A DNA stretch of 59,573 nucleotides, filler included. It is 4 parts of 4 records of this genome, joined end to end, with 100 filler letters (N's around TTAATTAATTAA, not from the genome) between each part and the next. Parts side by side here need not be neighbours in the genome. Positions count along the whole stretch, not along the records: positions 25,302 to 52,491 come from DRR378314_789; positions 52,592 to 59,573 come from DRR378314_792; 2 more parts are not named here. The stretch is one strand, 5' to 3'. A program made the translations under genes and the position numbers. Below, in pieces: positions 50,101 through 59,573 of the stretch (positions within the stretch are counted from its first letter, which is position 1; every line of letters begins with the position of its first letter). A model generated the notes under the pieces. The model worked only from the letters and a program-made list of their open reading frames with translations. It did no database searches and was not told where the DNA came from.

Positions 50101-50628
50101 TCAGAGGGATGCTGCTGCACGGCTGGCTTGATCATATTGCCCGGACATAGTGCGCAGCTGCGCTGCGATTAGGCGCAGGTCTTCGCCACCGGTATCCAGA
50201 CGGGACAACCCGTCAAGAAAACAGCTTTTGCGGACTGCGCGATAAGCCTCGCAAAGTGCGGTTCCCGCTTCGGACGTGCTGTAAAACACCTCTTTCCCGC
50301 GTTTCTCCGTTTTCAACAGCTCTGATTTCAGAAGTTTGCGCAGAGCATAATTGACCGTATGTGTGTCTTCGATGTTGAGCAGAAAGCAGATGTCTGTCAG
50401 CCGCTTTTCGCGGCCCCGATGGTTGACGTTGTGCAGCACCAGAATTTCCAGGGTCGTCAGATCGGGATTACCTGCCGCCGCCATGCAGCGTGTGGTCCAG
50501 CGGGTGAAGGCGTTGAAGGCGATGATCATGCCGAACTCAAGTTCGGACGCCTCCCAGCCTTCCCCCTCTGCAAGATGCCTTGAGGAAACTATGCGTCTTT
50601 GGGGCAGCGGTTTGGACGTGTCAGACAT
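50101..50628 (-). CDS. MarR-type winged-helix regulator
   Basis: IVSSRHL, SELEFG and KRL.DICF.LNIEDTH.VNYALRKL. Confidence 0.85.
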   Translation of the reverse strand: MSDTSKPLPQRRIVSSRHLAEGEGWEASELEFGMIIAFNAFTRWTTRCMAAAGNPDLTTLEILVLHNVNHRGREKRLTDICFLLNIEDTHTVNYALRKLLKSELLKTEKRGKEVFYSTSEAGTALCEAYRAVRKSCFLDGLSRLDTGGEDLRLIAAQLRTMSGQYDQASRAAASL

Positions 50629-50959
50629 GGGGCCTCGCTAGTTCGGGGGTGACAAACGCTAACAATTTACCTGCAAGTTGCAAGTGTGATGCGAGGTTTG
50701 TGACGGGCAATTCATGGCTAAACAAGGGTATTTCACCGTTGGTTGATCCCCTTTGATCACATGCGTTATGATAAAGTGACGCCCGGATTAATGACGTTGG
50801 GTCAGTCTTGCTGCATCGCGATCACTGTATGTCGTAGGTCGTGGTGCCTCGGCCACTACATAGGTTTCGAACGGGGCGGGGGGCACCGATCAAAACGTAT
50901 ATTCGCAACACCGCTGTAGGTGACACAAAAAACGAGCTTCCTAGATGATTCGGTTTTTG

Positions 50960-50974
50960 TTAAGCTTTTGTTAA
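50960..50974 (+). promoter_or_regulatory. Full CtrA-binding site (TTAA-N7-TTAA)
   Basis: TTAA GCTTTTG TTAA ends 29 nt upstream of the Hint gene ATG. Confidence 0.7.
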
Positions 50975-51003
50975 TAAAAAAACTGAGGCAGGTAGTACGA
51001 GTA

Positions 51004-52083
51004 ATGAAAACGGGCTTTCGTGGCACGTTTGTCATCAGCTGGTCGCAAACAGAAATCGACGGCCTTGATGCCGCACCGGTGCAGTCCCTGACAGTGGGTG
51101 CCGCATGGGCGTGGCGGGGGGATGCCATCCGGGTGGATGGGCCGAATGACGTATTGCGACTGGATCAGGCAGACGGCGCAGAAAAATTAAGAAAAAGAGC
51201 TGCACGCATGGTGCATCGTTTGGTCGGTGCAGCGCTTGAGAAAAAGGATGTACCAACTCTTTCCGAGCGCGAGAAAGAGGCGTTGGAAACGACGCCTTTG
51301 ATGGACAACAGCTTCGTTGTGACCGATGGCGGCAAAAGCTACACCGTGACCTTGATCGAAGTTGGCGGCGGCAGCCAGCCCTTGCTGATGTTTATGGATG
51401 AAATCCCGCCGCGTGATTGTGAGCTGTGGATCGTACATCACACGCTGGGCTCTGCACCAAATGAATCCGACGGGCAGGGCAGTGGCGGTGTCATCTGTTT
51501 TACCCTCGGAACAAAGATTGCCACCCCGCAAGGTCTTATGCGCATTGAGGATCTGCGCGAGGGTGATCAGGTGCAGACCAAGGACAATGGCGCGCAATCC
51601 ATCCGCTGGATCGGCAGCAGGCGCATGACAGGGGCGCGGCTTTTTGCCATGCCAAAGCTGCGGCCAGTGCGGATCAACGCCGGTGTTTTTGGCGATGATG
51701 TACCGGATGAGGATTTGATTGTCTCACCGGAACACCGGATTTTGGTCAAGGGCGCAGTGGCGCAGGATCTGTTCAATACACCCGAGGTATTGGTTGCGGC
51801 CAAGGATCTGATCAACGGAGAGACGATCACCGTTGATCTGAAGCTGCGTGAAGTGACCTATGTGCATCTGCTGTTTGACCGTCATCAGGTGATGTGGGCC
51901 AATGGCGTGGAAACCGAAAGCTTTCATCCCGCCTCTGCTGCCCTCAGCACGCTGGATGAGGGGGATCGGGCGCGACTTTTGGCGACCCACCCGGAGCTGG
52001 AGTTTGATCCCCATACCTACGGCAGTTTTGCACGCCGCAATCTGTCAGCCTCTGAAGCGGCCATTCTGGCCCATGCGGCCTGA
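51004..52083 (+). CDS. Hint_2 (bacterial intein-like) domain protein
   Basis: Motifs GGVICFT.GT.I.T, VSPEHR and YVHLLFDRHQV.WANG.ETESFHP. Confidence 0.9.
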   Translation: MKTGFRGTFVISWSQTEIDGLDAAPVQSLTVGAAWAWRGDAIRVDGPNDVLRLDQADGAEKLRKRAARMVHRLVGAALEKKDVPTLSEREKEALETTPLMDNSFVVTDGGKSYTVTLIEVGGGSQPLLMFMDEIPPRDCELWIVHHTLGSAPNESDGQGSGGVICFTLGTKIATPQGLMRIEDLREGDQVQTKDNGAQSIRWIGSRRMTGARLFAMPKLRPVRINAGVFGDDVPDEDLIVSPEHRILVKGAVAQDLFNTPEVLVAAKDLINGETITVDLKLREVTYVHLLFDRHQVMWANGVETESFHPASAALSTLDEGDRARLLATHPELEFDPHTYGSFARRNLSASEAAILAHAA

Positions 52084-52102
52084 TCGTTTTTCAATAGAAA
52101 GT

Positions 52103-52127
52103 TGCCGGGCTGTTGTAAGGCCCGGCA
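52103..52127. terminator. Hairpin between the convergent Hint and tlpA genes
   Basis: tgccgggc-N9-gcccggca. Confidence 0.6.
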
Positions 52128-52133
52128 TCTGCG

Positions 52134-52491
52134 TTACTCTTCCGTTTGCGAGGCAATCAGCGCCTTGACGATTTCCTTGGCGCTGTCGCTGTCCCATTCC
52201 GCATCACCGCGCAGGCGGGCAATTTCGCGGCCCTCGGGATCGATCAGCACCGTGATCGGCAGGCCAAACACCCCCATTTGCGAGGCAAGCGCCTGTTTCG
52301 GGTCCTGATGGCGCGGCAGGCTGTCGATGCCGGCTTCTTCATAGAACTTGGTGATACCTGCGGGTGAATTGCGCCCTGTCGCGATGGTCAACACCTCGAA
52401 GTAGTCACCGCCAAATTCTTTTTGCAGCGCGTTCAGCTGCGGCATTTCCTTGCGGCATGGGGCGCACCAGGTGGCCCAGAAATTCACCAGC
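52134..52491 (-). CDS. tlpA: TlpA-family thiol:disulfide oxidoreductase (5' truncated)
   Basis: Motifs NFWATWCAPCRKEMP, GLP.T and G.AEW. Confidence 0.9.
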
Positions 52492-52591
52492 NNNNNNNNN
52501 NNNNNNNNNNNNNNNNNNNNNNNNNNNNNNNNNNNTTAATTAATTAANNNNNNNNNNNNNNNNNNNNNNNNNNNNNNNNNNNNNNNNNNNN
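52492..52591. other. Artificial contig spacer
   Basis: N run with TTAATTAATTAA. Confidence 0.98.
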
Positions 52592-53073
52592 CGTATACCT
52601 ACGCTGTTCCGGGTGAGGACTCTCCCCAGGAGTCACAAAGCATACCGGAGGGGAGGAAGATGCTAAGCCGAGCGCGTCGCAACGGATCGGGGTCAAGACT
52701 CTGTCTCTCTGCTCAAGATGTAGCTTGTCCGAGGAACAATGGAGAATACACGACTGCAAATGTCTGACGCGTGCCGTAGTTTACATATTCTTGAAAAATC
52801 ACATCATGAATATCATTCAAGTTGTGACGGAGGAATGTGCGATGCACACTGCGCTTTACCGCTGCGAAAGAAGGACCGGCTACTGGCCCAGTCGCGAGAT
52901 GTTTGCCGATAAAAGTCCCGTGCTATCCGTATTTGCAATACAAGAAATTTCTTTATCCCAAGCGCTGTACAATGCTATTAACCGTGCCTTGGATGCACCA
53001 CGTCATTTTGCGTACACTGAATAGTGTAGATGTAACTGTAAAAATTTGTGTTGGATGTTGTCCAAACTCTCCA

Positions 53074-53463
53074 TCAACGATTCGTGGGTGCTGTTGTCAT
53101 TTGTTCTTGCGAAGCTACACTGCGACAGCGGAGGCGCGTCGCGGCGCACGTGCGGACGCGACACTGCAGTGCGATTTGCGACAGCCATTCCTTTCTCACC
53201 ACAATGATGGTCAACCGACAAAGTTTGCCTTCTTGAAACGTACACTTTGGTACCGTAAGTAAAGAGAATTCATCAACTTTGGTTCTAAAAGTTGCCGTTT
53301 TGTCAATCGGAGCGCCTGTGGAAGGGAGAATGTGCACGCACGCGTACACGTCCTCGCCGATGCGCGCGCCGGTCCCGCCGCCGCGACACCCATCAAAGCC
53401 TTCTCCGATAGCGAGAGCGGTAATCACCGCACACAAGCACAAAAGACGCCAATTTTTAATCAT
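53074..53463 (-). CDS. Possible eukaryotic secreted protein (first exon)
   Basis: Signal-peptide-like MIKNWRLLCLCAVITALAIG. The downstream part may be intronic. Confidence 0.4.
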   Translation of the reverse strand: MIKNWRLLCLCAVITALAIGEGFDGCRGGGTGARIGEDVYACVHILPSTGAPIDKTATFRTKVDEFSLLTVPKCTFQEGKLCRLTIIVVRKEWLSQIALQCRVRTCAATRLRCRSVASQEQMTTAPTNR

Positions 53464-54339
53464 TGAGTGGCTAAATAGAGATATTGAGAGGCCAGTACTT
53501 CAACAGCGTCGAAGAAGAAATGTGGCACGCGCGTTCGTCCCTGGCCTGTGTGCGCGTTCGTCCCTGGCGCGCGCGCACGAGTTCGTCTCTGGCGCGCGCA
53601 CGCGTCGCGCACGCGCGCACCGGCGAGTCGCGCACCGCACCAACGCACCACTCTGCGTCGCGTACGTGCTCCCGCGCCAGCCGCCGCGTTCGGCGCGTGT
53701 GGTCGCGTGAAGGCTCCGCGCGCGCGACCTCGGCAACACCCGTGCGTCGCAGCGCTGAAGCACAACGGGAAAGCGAATGTGTGCGTACTCCAGGAACCAA
53801 CCCACAAGCGTGTGTGACATCCTTTCCCGTCGTATCGCTCCTATTCGAGATGAAAGTCGTGCAATGGGTACGTGTTGCGAGTGCAAGGCGCTGCTGGGCT
53901 GGGCAGCTCGTCGCGGCGTGCGGTGTTGCGTCGCAGTGCCGGTTGGGCGGCGCGCTGTACTTATGCTCGCACCCACCTGCGAACATGGCGCAGCTGCTGC
54001 GAAAGAGCGCGGTGCAGCTACGGGGCCGCTGTCACGCAGAACGACTGCGCTTGTGCCTGTGTGCTGCAGGCCGCCCCGCTCTCGTGTAGCCATCGTCCAC
54101 GGGAGGCAATAGGGGGCACACATATCGTTGCAGCCAGGAGGCGCAGCATCGCAGTTTGCGAGCGAGGGCACGTCACTGGGTGAAGAGAAAGCGTGAATTT
54201 CATACATTAATTCTCTTCGTATCTCTCGCAGCCAACGAATTCGTAGGACACCTTCCTCGTCTGCTACACAGTGCGCGGGGCGAGTGCGCGCGCGGGGCGG
54301 ATGCTTCCACTCCTCGCTCTCCGCGCACCAGCGCACAGA

Positions 54340-57300
54340 TCACGCGAGCAGCGCCTCGGTCATCTCCGTTGCACGCGCATCGCTCCGCTGCGGCGCCTCC
54401 TCGGTGCGACTGCTCCGCGAACCGGTCCACGCTCGCACACGTTGCGCGCCTTTCCAGACACAGTACACTGCCAATGGGGCGACAATGAGTGCAGACTGTG
54501 CGGCGAGGAGCTGCGTCGTCATCCGCGCAGCGGGACCTTGCGGAACCTGTGCAGACTCTACAAATACAGCGTTCCGCGTATTAATCACGCCAACGACACA
54601 GAGAATAAAGAGAACGCTGCTCTCGAAAATCATGGCAAATTTGTCGCGATGCGGCCTAGCTATTACGTGGCACAAGATTGCGACAATGCTCAGTACGGTG
54701 AGTACGATCAGGCGACGGAGCACGTTGGTTTCGAAGGCGTACGCCGACACGAATAGGAGCCGCTTCGCGAGGACGACCGAGTCCCAATACACCCGACCCG
54801 GTCGATACTTTCCCTCGCCCTCGACGATCTTCCGCACCTTTGCGGGAAGTTTTTGCCCGTACGCGCGACTGCGATGCCACCATAACAATACGAAAGGGAA
54901 GGTATACAGAAGTGCTACGACGAAAAAGAGCAGGACTTGCCATCCGGTGTAGCAGCGAATGTCTCCGGATAGAAACAGGCGCGATTCGCCGTCGATGTCG
55001 ACGCAGTGGAGGAGCGAGAACGTCCCTTCCAAGAGCGACACGTAAGCGAGCATGACAAGGAGAAGCGAGGCCACAGCAAATCTCTCCCGAACGCCAGATC
55101 GAGGACGATGCAGAATTCCCGTTTCAATAATATACAGTACAGAGAGGATACAGGCGAGCAGAACGGGAACGAGGAGGTGGAGCACGACTTTCCCCACGGC
55201 GTCGAGCCCGACGACCGGACACAACCCACTCGAGGCCGCGCTGTGCGATGCGCCGTTGCCGCCTGTAGGAACGCGCATGTTGAACAGTTCAGAGATACCG
55301 CGTTCCCAAAGCTGGTGCTCGGACACTGCCACGAGGAACAGCGGGAGGAGCTGGTAGAAGCCAATCATGCTCGCTGCGACCCCCTGATCCTCGCCGCGGT
55401 CCCAGTACAGGTAGTACATGCACGCAGCGAGCGCGATAGCCGCCGCGGCGGGATAATACAGCGTCTGTCCGCACTCTGCGTCTGGCACACACGCAGCGGA
55501 GGAGTACAGCTGCGAATGGCCCGGTAGACACGAGCCGCACAGCACACCGTTGCGATTGCCCTGGCAGTAGTTGTACGGTGTGCATGGAGCAGGTCCGCTG
55601 CAGCAGTATCCCGCCGGGCACCGAGTCATTGCGATCGCGCGCTGCGTGCGCCCGGCGGTGCCCCAGTATCCCGGACGCGCGCGCACCTCCGCGCCACCTG
55701 TACCGACGGCGCCAAACGGGACGGGGAGACACGTGATCGATGGATTCCACGACGACCCGCCCTCGAGCGCGTACGTACCCGGGGCGCACGCGGTGCAGCT
55801 CCAGTCTGCGCTGTGGAATTCGCAGCATTCGCGGCTGCTTGTGGACCACGGATACACGAACGCGCTGCCCTGCAGCTGGGCGGCGGAGTACTCGAAGCCC
55901 AAGGGACACGCCACAGACGCGTTCTGCTGTGAAAATACTGATACGCGCGCTGTATACACAACGGATCCCGATACATTCGCAGGGACGAAGCGTACATTCT
56001 GCAGTGACACAGGGCCCTGGCTCACGATAGATACGCCGGAGCCTTCGCCGGAATCGCTGGCGGTGGAGAGCAGCACGCTGTCGCGACATAGCAGCGATGC
56101 GGATCCCGATACCCATATCCCTCCCCCACCACGTGCACTCGAACTTTCAATGATATTGACATAATGAAGTGCGTGGGTCCCGTCGCTGAGGCCTATACCA
56201 CCGCCGTACGCGGCGCGCGCCGCGACTACTGTAACGTTTGTAAGCTCCGCAGCGCACGAGTAGGTCCACTGCGAGCGGGTCTGACCAGACATTACCAGCG
56301 GTTGCTGATCGGAACATTGTACACTTATCCCGCCTCCATGCGACGAAGGTAGAGTGGCCGTTGCGTTTTGCACGGTGATATTGGCGAGTGTGACCTGCAC
56401 GCCTTGCGCCGACTCGGACGAAGCAAACACCGCCACTGCGCCGCCACTAATCGACGCCTGAGCGTTCCGCATCTCCACGTTTGTGAGGAGTAACGACGAA
56501 CCGTTGATACTTGCTCCAGAGAACCGTGTTGCAAAGCAACCTCCACTCCCCGATTCCGCTGTGCAGTCACAAAGCACTGTTTTTCCCTGAACGAGAACGG
56601 ACGCGTTGACGGAATCCTTGTCGTATCGAACCGCAATGCAACCGCCGTCCTGCTTTGCGGTGCAGTTTCCCATGGCTACTGTTCCGCGCAGATCGAGCGA
56701 CGTCGAAGATGCACTATCGTAATATGTGACAGAGAGACAACCTCCTATTCCAGCTCCTGCTGAACAATGTTCCAAGCGTGTGCGGTTGCGAAACTGGATG
56801 GTGGAAGCCGAGGCAGCTCCCTGGTGGACCAGAGCCATGCATCCGCCGTTTCCTCCCGTTGCACAGTGTCGCATGGACACGTGCCCTTCCATGGCGACCG
56901 TTACATTCTCCGACGTGTCTTGCAGCCACATCACCACACATCCACCAAGCGCCAAGGCAGAGCACTGGTCCATCACAAGAGTTCCTTTCGTACGTAGTGA
57001 CACATTGTGTGCTGCATACGAGAAGAATAGCGCAAAACAGCCTCCATTTCCAAACGCAGAGCATTGGGACATCGCAATCGCCCCGTCCAGGACTGCACTG
57101 GTGTCGTGTACGACATCGCCGTGCTCAACGGCAACGCAGCCTCCGTTGAATCCAGCCGAACAATTACCAAACTTGACATTTCCTCGTATCGAGAATGAAG
57201 ACGTGCTTACGCTGTCTCCGTAATAGACGTGGACACAACCGCCATGACTTCCTGCAGAGCACCGATTCATCAGGATTTCCCCGGTTATCGCTACATCGCT

Positions 57301-58458
57301 CCGCGCGCTCGCTCCTTCGTGATCGACCGAGATACATCCGCCGCCGTTGCCAGACGAACAATCCTCAATTGCAGCGAGCCCTCCAAGGAAAAATGCGGTA
57401 TCGAGCGAGATATCGGAATAGGAGACGCTGATGCATCCTCCTTGAACAACTGCGGTGCAGCTCTGCAGGTTGGTGTCGTTGGCAAACGTAACGGTTGCCT
57501 GCTCCGCTGCGTTGCGATGAGAAACGCTCACGCAACCGCCTTCCTGTCCAGCAGAGCATGTACGCATACTCGTTCTTCCACGAAATTCAACACGAGATGT
57601 AGTTGATCTCATGGAATATGCAACCGATAGACATCCTCCTGCCGTCTGCGCTGTGCAGTTAATCATTGTTGCATTCCCACTCACGCGAACCGAGCTGTTC
57701 ACCGCGTTTCCGTTGAACGTAACGGACAAGCAGCCACCGGACGAGGAAGAGGAAACGCGCTCGCACAGAGTCTGACCTCCAACGTCTATCCTCGCGTTTG
57801 TCGCATTTTCCGCGAACCAAACCTGTACAGCACCACCGGAAGCATTATTCCGGCTCGCAACGCTCTTTGCGTCGGCGAGTTGTAGCGACGAAAACGTGAC
57901 ATTCGCACCGTTTGTTGCGCTGCTGTAGCGGATTGCGATGCACGCGCCCCCGCCCACAGCAGTAGTACAGTTCGAAAAACTGCTATTGGTCACCGTTACC
58001 TGCTGCGTGTCGGTTATCATGACGCAGCTGTTTTGCTCGCTGTAACATCCCTCGATAGCGAGTCCTTCCAGATGGATCTGTGTGGTATGCGGCGCGCCGA
58101 GGAACGAGACCCACTCCTTCGTTCCGGCGCAATCGAACACTGCAGGTTGTGTGCTCGACGAGCTCTGTATCGTGATGTTGGCGCGCAGGGACATGGCAGG
58201 GCACGCGTACGCGCGCGATGACGCTTCCACGATGATTGTGCTATGGTCAAGCGATGATCCACGCGCGAGTACGGCGCCGAGCGACGCACACGCTTGCGAG
58301 CCTGCTCCCGCTCCGCAGTCGGGCGTGTCGCGTCCGTTACGAGACACGAACCACCGCTCTCCCGGTGCGCCGAGCGCACTGCCAAACACCCATAGGACGA
58401 ATACGGTTGCAGGAAGAAAGACACCGACCTCCTTCCGCTTCTTCCTCTTGCACATCAT
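54340..58458 (-). CDS. Eukaryotic Pmp-like beta-helix / Cys-rich / multi-pass membrane protein
   Basis: Signal segment, FVS.NG.D...CG....C.SL cap, about 34-aa GGC repeats, CTACAPGTY and CPAGYCC/GVLCGSC modules, then about 8-9 TM helices. No intron is needed. Confidence 0.8.
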   Translation of the reverse strand: MMCKRKKRKEVGVFLPATVFVLWVFGSALGAPGERWFVSRNGRDTPDCGAGAGSQACASLGAVLARGSSLDHSTIIVEASSRAYACPAMSLRANITIQSSSSTQPAVFDCAGTKEWVSFLGAPHTTQIHLEGLAIEGCYSEQNSCVMITDTQQVTVTNSSFSNCTTAVGGGACIAIRYSSATNGANVTFSSLQLADAKSVASRNNASGGAVQVWFAENATNARIDVGGQTLCERVSSSSSGGCLSVTFNGNAVNSSVRVSGNATMINCTAQTAGGCLSVAYSMRSTTSRVEFRGRTSMRTCSAGQEGGCVSVSHRNAAEQATVTFANDTNLQSCTAVVQGGCISVSYSDISLDTAFFLGGLAAIEDCSSGNGGGCISVDHEGASARSDVAITGEILMNRCSAGSHGGCVHVYYGDSVSTSSFSIRGNVKFGNCSAGFNGGCVAVEHGDVVHDTSAVLDGAIAMSQCSAFGNGGCFALFFSYAAHNVSLRTKGTLVMDQCSALALGGCVVMWLQDTSENVTVAMEGHVSMRHCATGGNGGCMALVHQGAASASTIQFRNRTRLEHCSAGAGIGGCLSVTYYDSASSTSLDLRGTVAMGNCTAKQDGGCIAVRYDKDSVNASVLVQGKTVLCDCTAESGSGGCFATRFSGASINGSSLLLTNVEMRNAQASISGGAVAVFASSESAQGVQVTLANITVQNATATLPSSHGGGISVQCSDQQPLVMSGQTRSQWTYSCAAELTNVTVVAARAAYGGGIGLSDGTHALHYVNIIESSSARGGGGIWVSGSASLLCRDSVLLSTASDSGEGSGVSIVSQGPVSLQNVRFVPANVSGSVVYTARVSVFSQQNASVACPLGFEYSAAQLQGSAFVYPWSTSSRECCEFHSADWSCTACAPGTYALEGGSSWNPSITCLPVPFGAVGTGGAEVRARPGYWGTAGRTQRAIAMTRCPAGYCCSGPAPCTPYNYCQGNRNGVLCGSCLPGHSQLYSSAACVPDAECGQTLYYPAAAAIALAACMYYLYWDRGEDQGVAASMIGFYQLLPLFLVAVSEHQLWERGISELFNMRVPTGGNGASHSAASSGLCPVVGLDAVGKVVLHLLVPVLLACILSVLYIIETGILHRPRSGVRERFAVASLLLVMLAYVSLLEGTFSLLHCVDIDGESRLFLSGDIRCYTGWQVLLFFVVALLYTFPFVLLWWHRSRAYGQKLPAKVRKIVEGEGKYRPGRVYWDSVVLAKRLLFVSAYAFETNVLRRLIVLTVLSIVAILCHVIARPHRDKFAMIFESSVLFILCVVGVINTRNAVFVESAQVPQGPAARMTTQLLAAQSALIVAPLAVYCVWKGAQRVRAWTGSRSSRTEEAPQRSDARATEMTEALLA

Positions 58459-59573
58459 GCTGTAATGGAAGAGAGTACAATGCGCGTGGGATGGAAATAG
58501 TAAGAGTGTGTAGGCGGGAGAGATGGAAGCACGTGGTGGGTGTGGGAGCCTCGCGCGCACGTTATCGGTGGAGAAGGCTGCGTGGCGCCAGGTCGCGCCG
58601 CCGCCGCCGCATCCCATTCCATCCGATACGCGCAAGGCGATCGCTCGCTTGTGAAGCGATGCTTTGCGGATGCGTTCATACATCCAATAAACGAGGCAGG
58701 GGTAGCGGGGTAGGTGAGGCATGCGTGATACTGCAATGCTCCCTCTTCAGCGAGAGCGAGGGCAGCGAACGCCGTGTCGGTATGGGTGGCGATGTCTTGC
58801 GCCGTGCGCGACGCTCCAGCGTGGTGGACGCGAAGCTGCTCGCGGTCTCTCTCCCTCACGCCACTTAGGTGGCACGCACGTCGCGACTGTACATGTGTAC
58901 TACGTCTAGTATGTACGTGCAGCGGTCCAAGGCAGTGTGGCGCGGGAAGGAATGGCGTGTGGGTGGATGCATGGAAGCCGTTGATAGGGTTCGTGGAAAG
59001 CGGGGTAGCTGCGACGCGGGCCGACAGACACTGCTCTGGGATCAACGCGGCGCTGCGACGGTGCTCACGCACGCGTATAGACGGCGGGAAGAAGACTGCT
59101 GCTGCTTTTGTCAGAGGGAAAACGTGCGACACGAAGCAGGGCAGAGGCCGCGTGAGCTATCCTATCCGTGCTGTAGGCGTGTGCTGTCTCGCGTGCATTG
59201 TGCCGTGCTCTCCGCGTCTGGTTGTGCACGTGGCTCCCTTGTGCTCTCCGCTGCCGCCGAGGCGACAAACATGGCTCCTTTCGGTGCGAGTGCAATTATG
59301 CACGGGTCAAAGACAACCCACAACTCTATCATACTAGTAACCTTGGTAACTGTACGGTTGGGAAGGTACTCTGTTTACCAGACCGTTTGTCTCGGTACAG
59401 AGTTTGTGGACTCGTGAGACGCGGTTTGCGCGGCGCAAGCGCGGCGCTCCTTTACCAGCGAACGCGCGCGTCGCCTCCCTTTCTTCTTCACGCGGGTAGC
59501 GAGAAGCCCAGCCGTCATCGATTCGGGAACTACATCGATATATGCGTACAATGAGTGTATGGGGTGGTCCGCA

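Noticed and set aside
50830-50900. Possible riboswitch or sRNA upstream of the Hint gene
   Set aside because: There are only weak hairpins and no recognisable family consensus. An Rfam/Infernal scan would be needed.
53460-54336. Multiple overlapping Arg/Ala-rich ORFs
   Set aside because: This is CG-rich low-complexity eukaryotic intergenic DNA with no domain signal.

Overview
The window is four separate contigs joined by 100-nt N spacers, each carrying an artificial TTAATTAATTAA six-frame-stop linker (16898-16997, 25202-25301, 52492-52591). Contig 1 (1-16897) looks alphaproteobacterial (Rhodobacteraceae/Roseobacter-like). It is a 16-gene catabolic cargo (acyl-CoA synthetase, DUF35, a thiolase-fold protein lacking the usual catalytic residues, MFS, ketose 3-epimerase, DhaL/DhaK, LacD-type aldolase, GntR, fucose/arabinose isomerase, ABC transporter, nucleoside hydrolase and phosphorylase) bounded by IS6-family ends, and its last 24 bp repeat its first 24 bp. 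Contig 2 (16998-25201) is eukaryotic, with GT-AG introns, a PH-domain gene and a long coiled-coil gene. Contig 3 (25302-52491) is Roseobacter-like: partial dnaE2, pseudogenes, HPP-CBS, class C beta-lactamase, an ECF41 module with its promoter, an eutA/B/D-like triad, an orphan DUF4123/Tox-GHH2/immunity module, a ROK-regulated YhfX amino-sugar cluster, MarR, a Hint protein with a CtrA box, and partial tlpA. Contig 4 (52592-59573) is eukaryotic, with a large beta-helix/Cys-rich multi-TM protein. The best candidates for undescribed systems are the mobile rare-sugar nucleoside catabolic unit, the orphan toxin module and the YhfX pathway. All calls come from motif recognition by eye; no searches were run.
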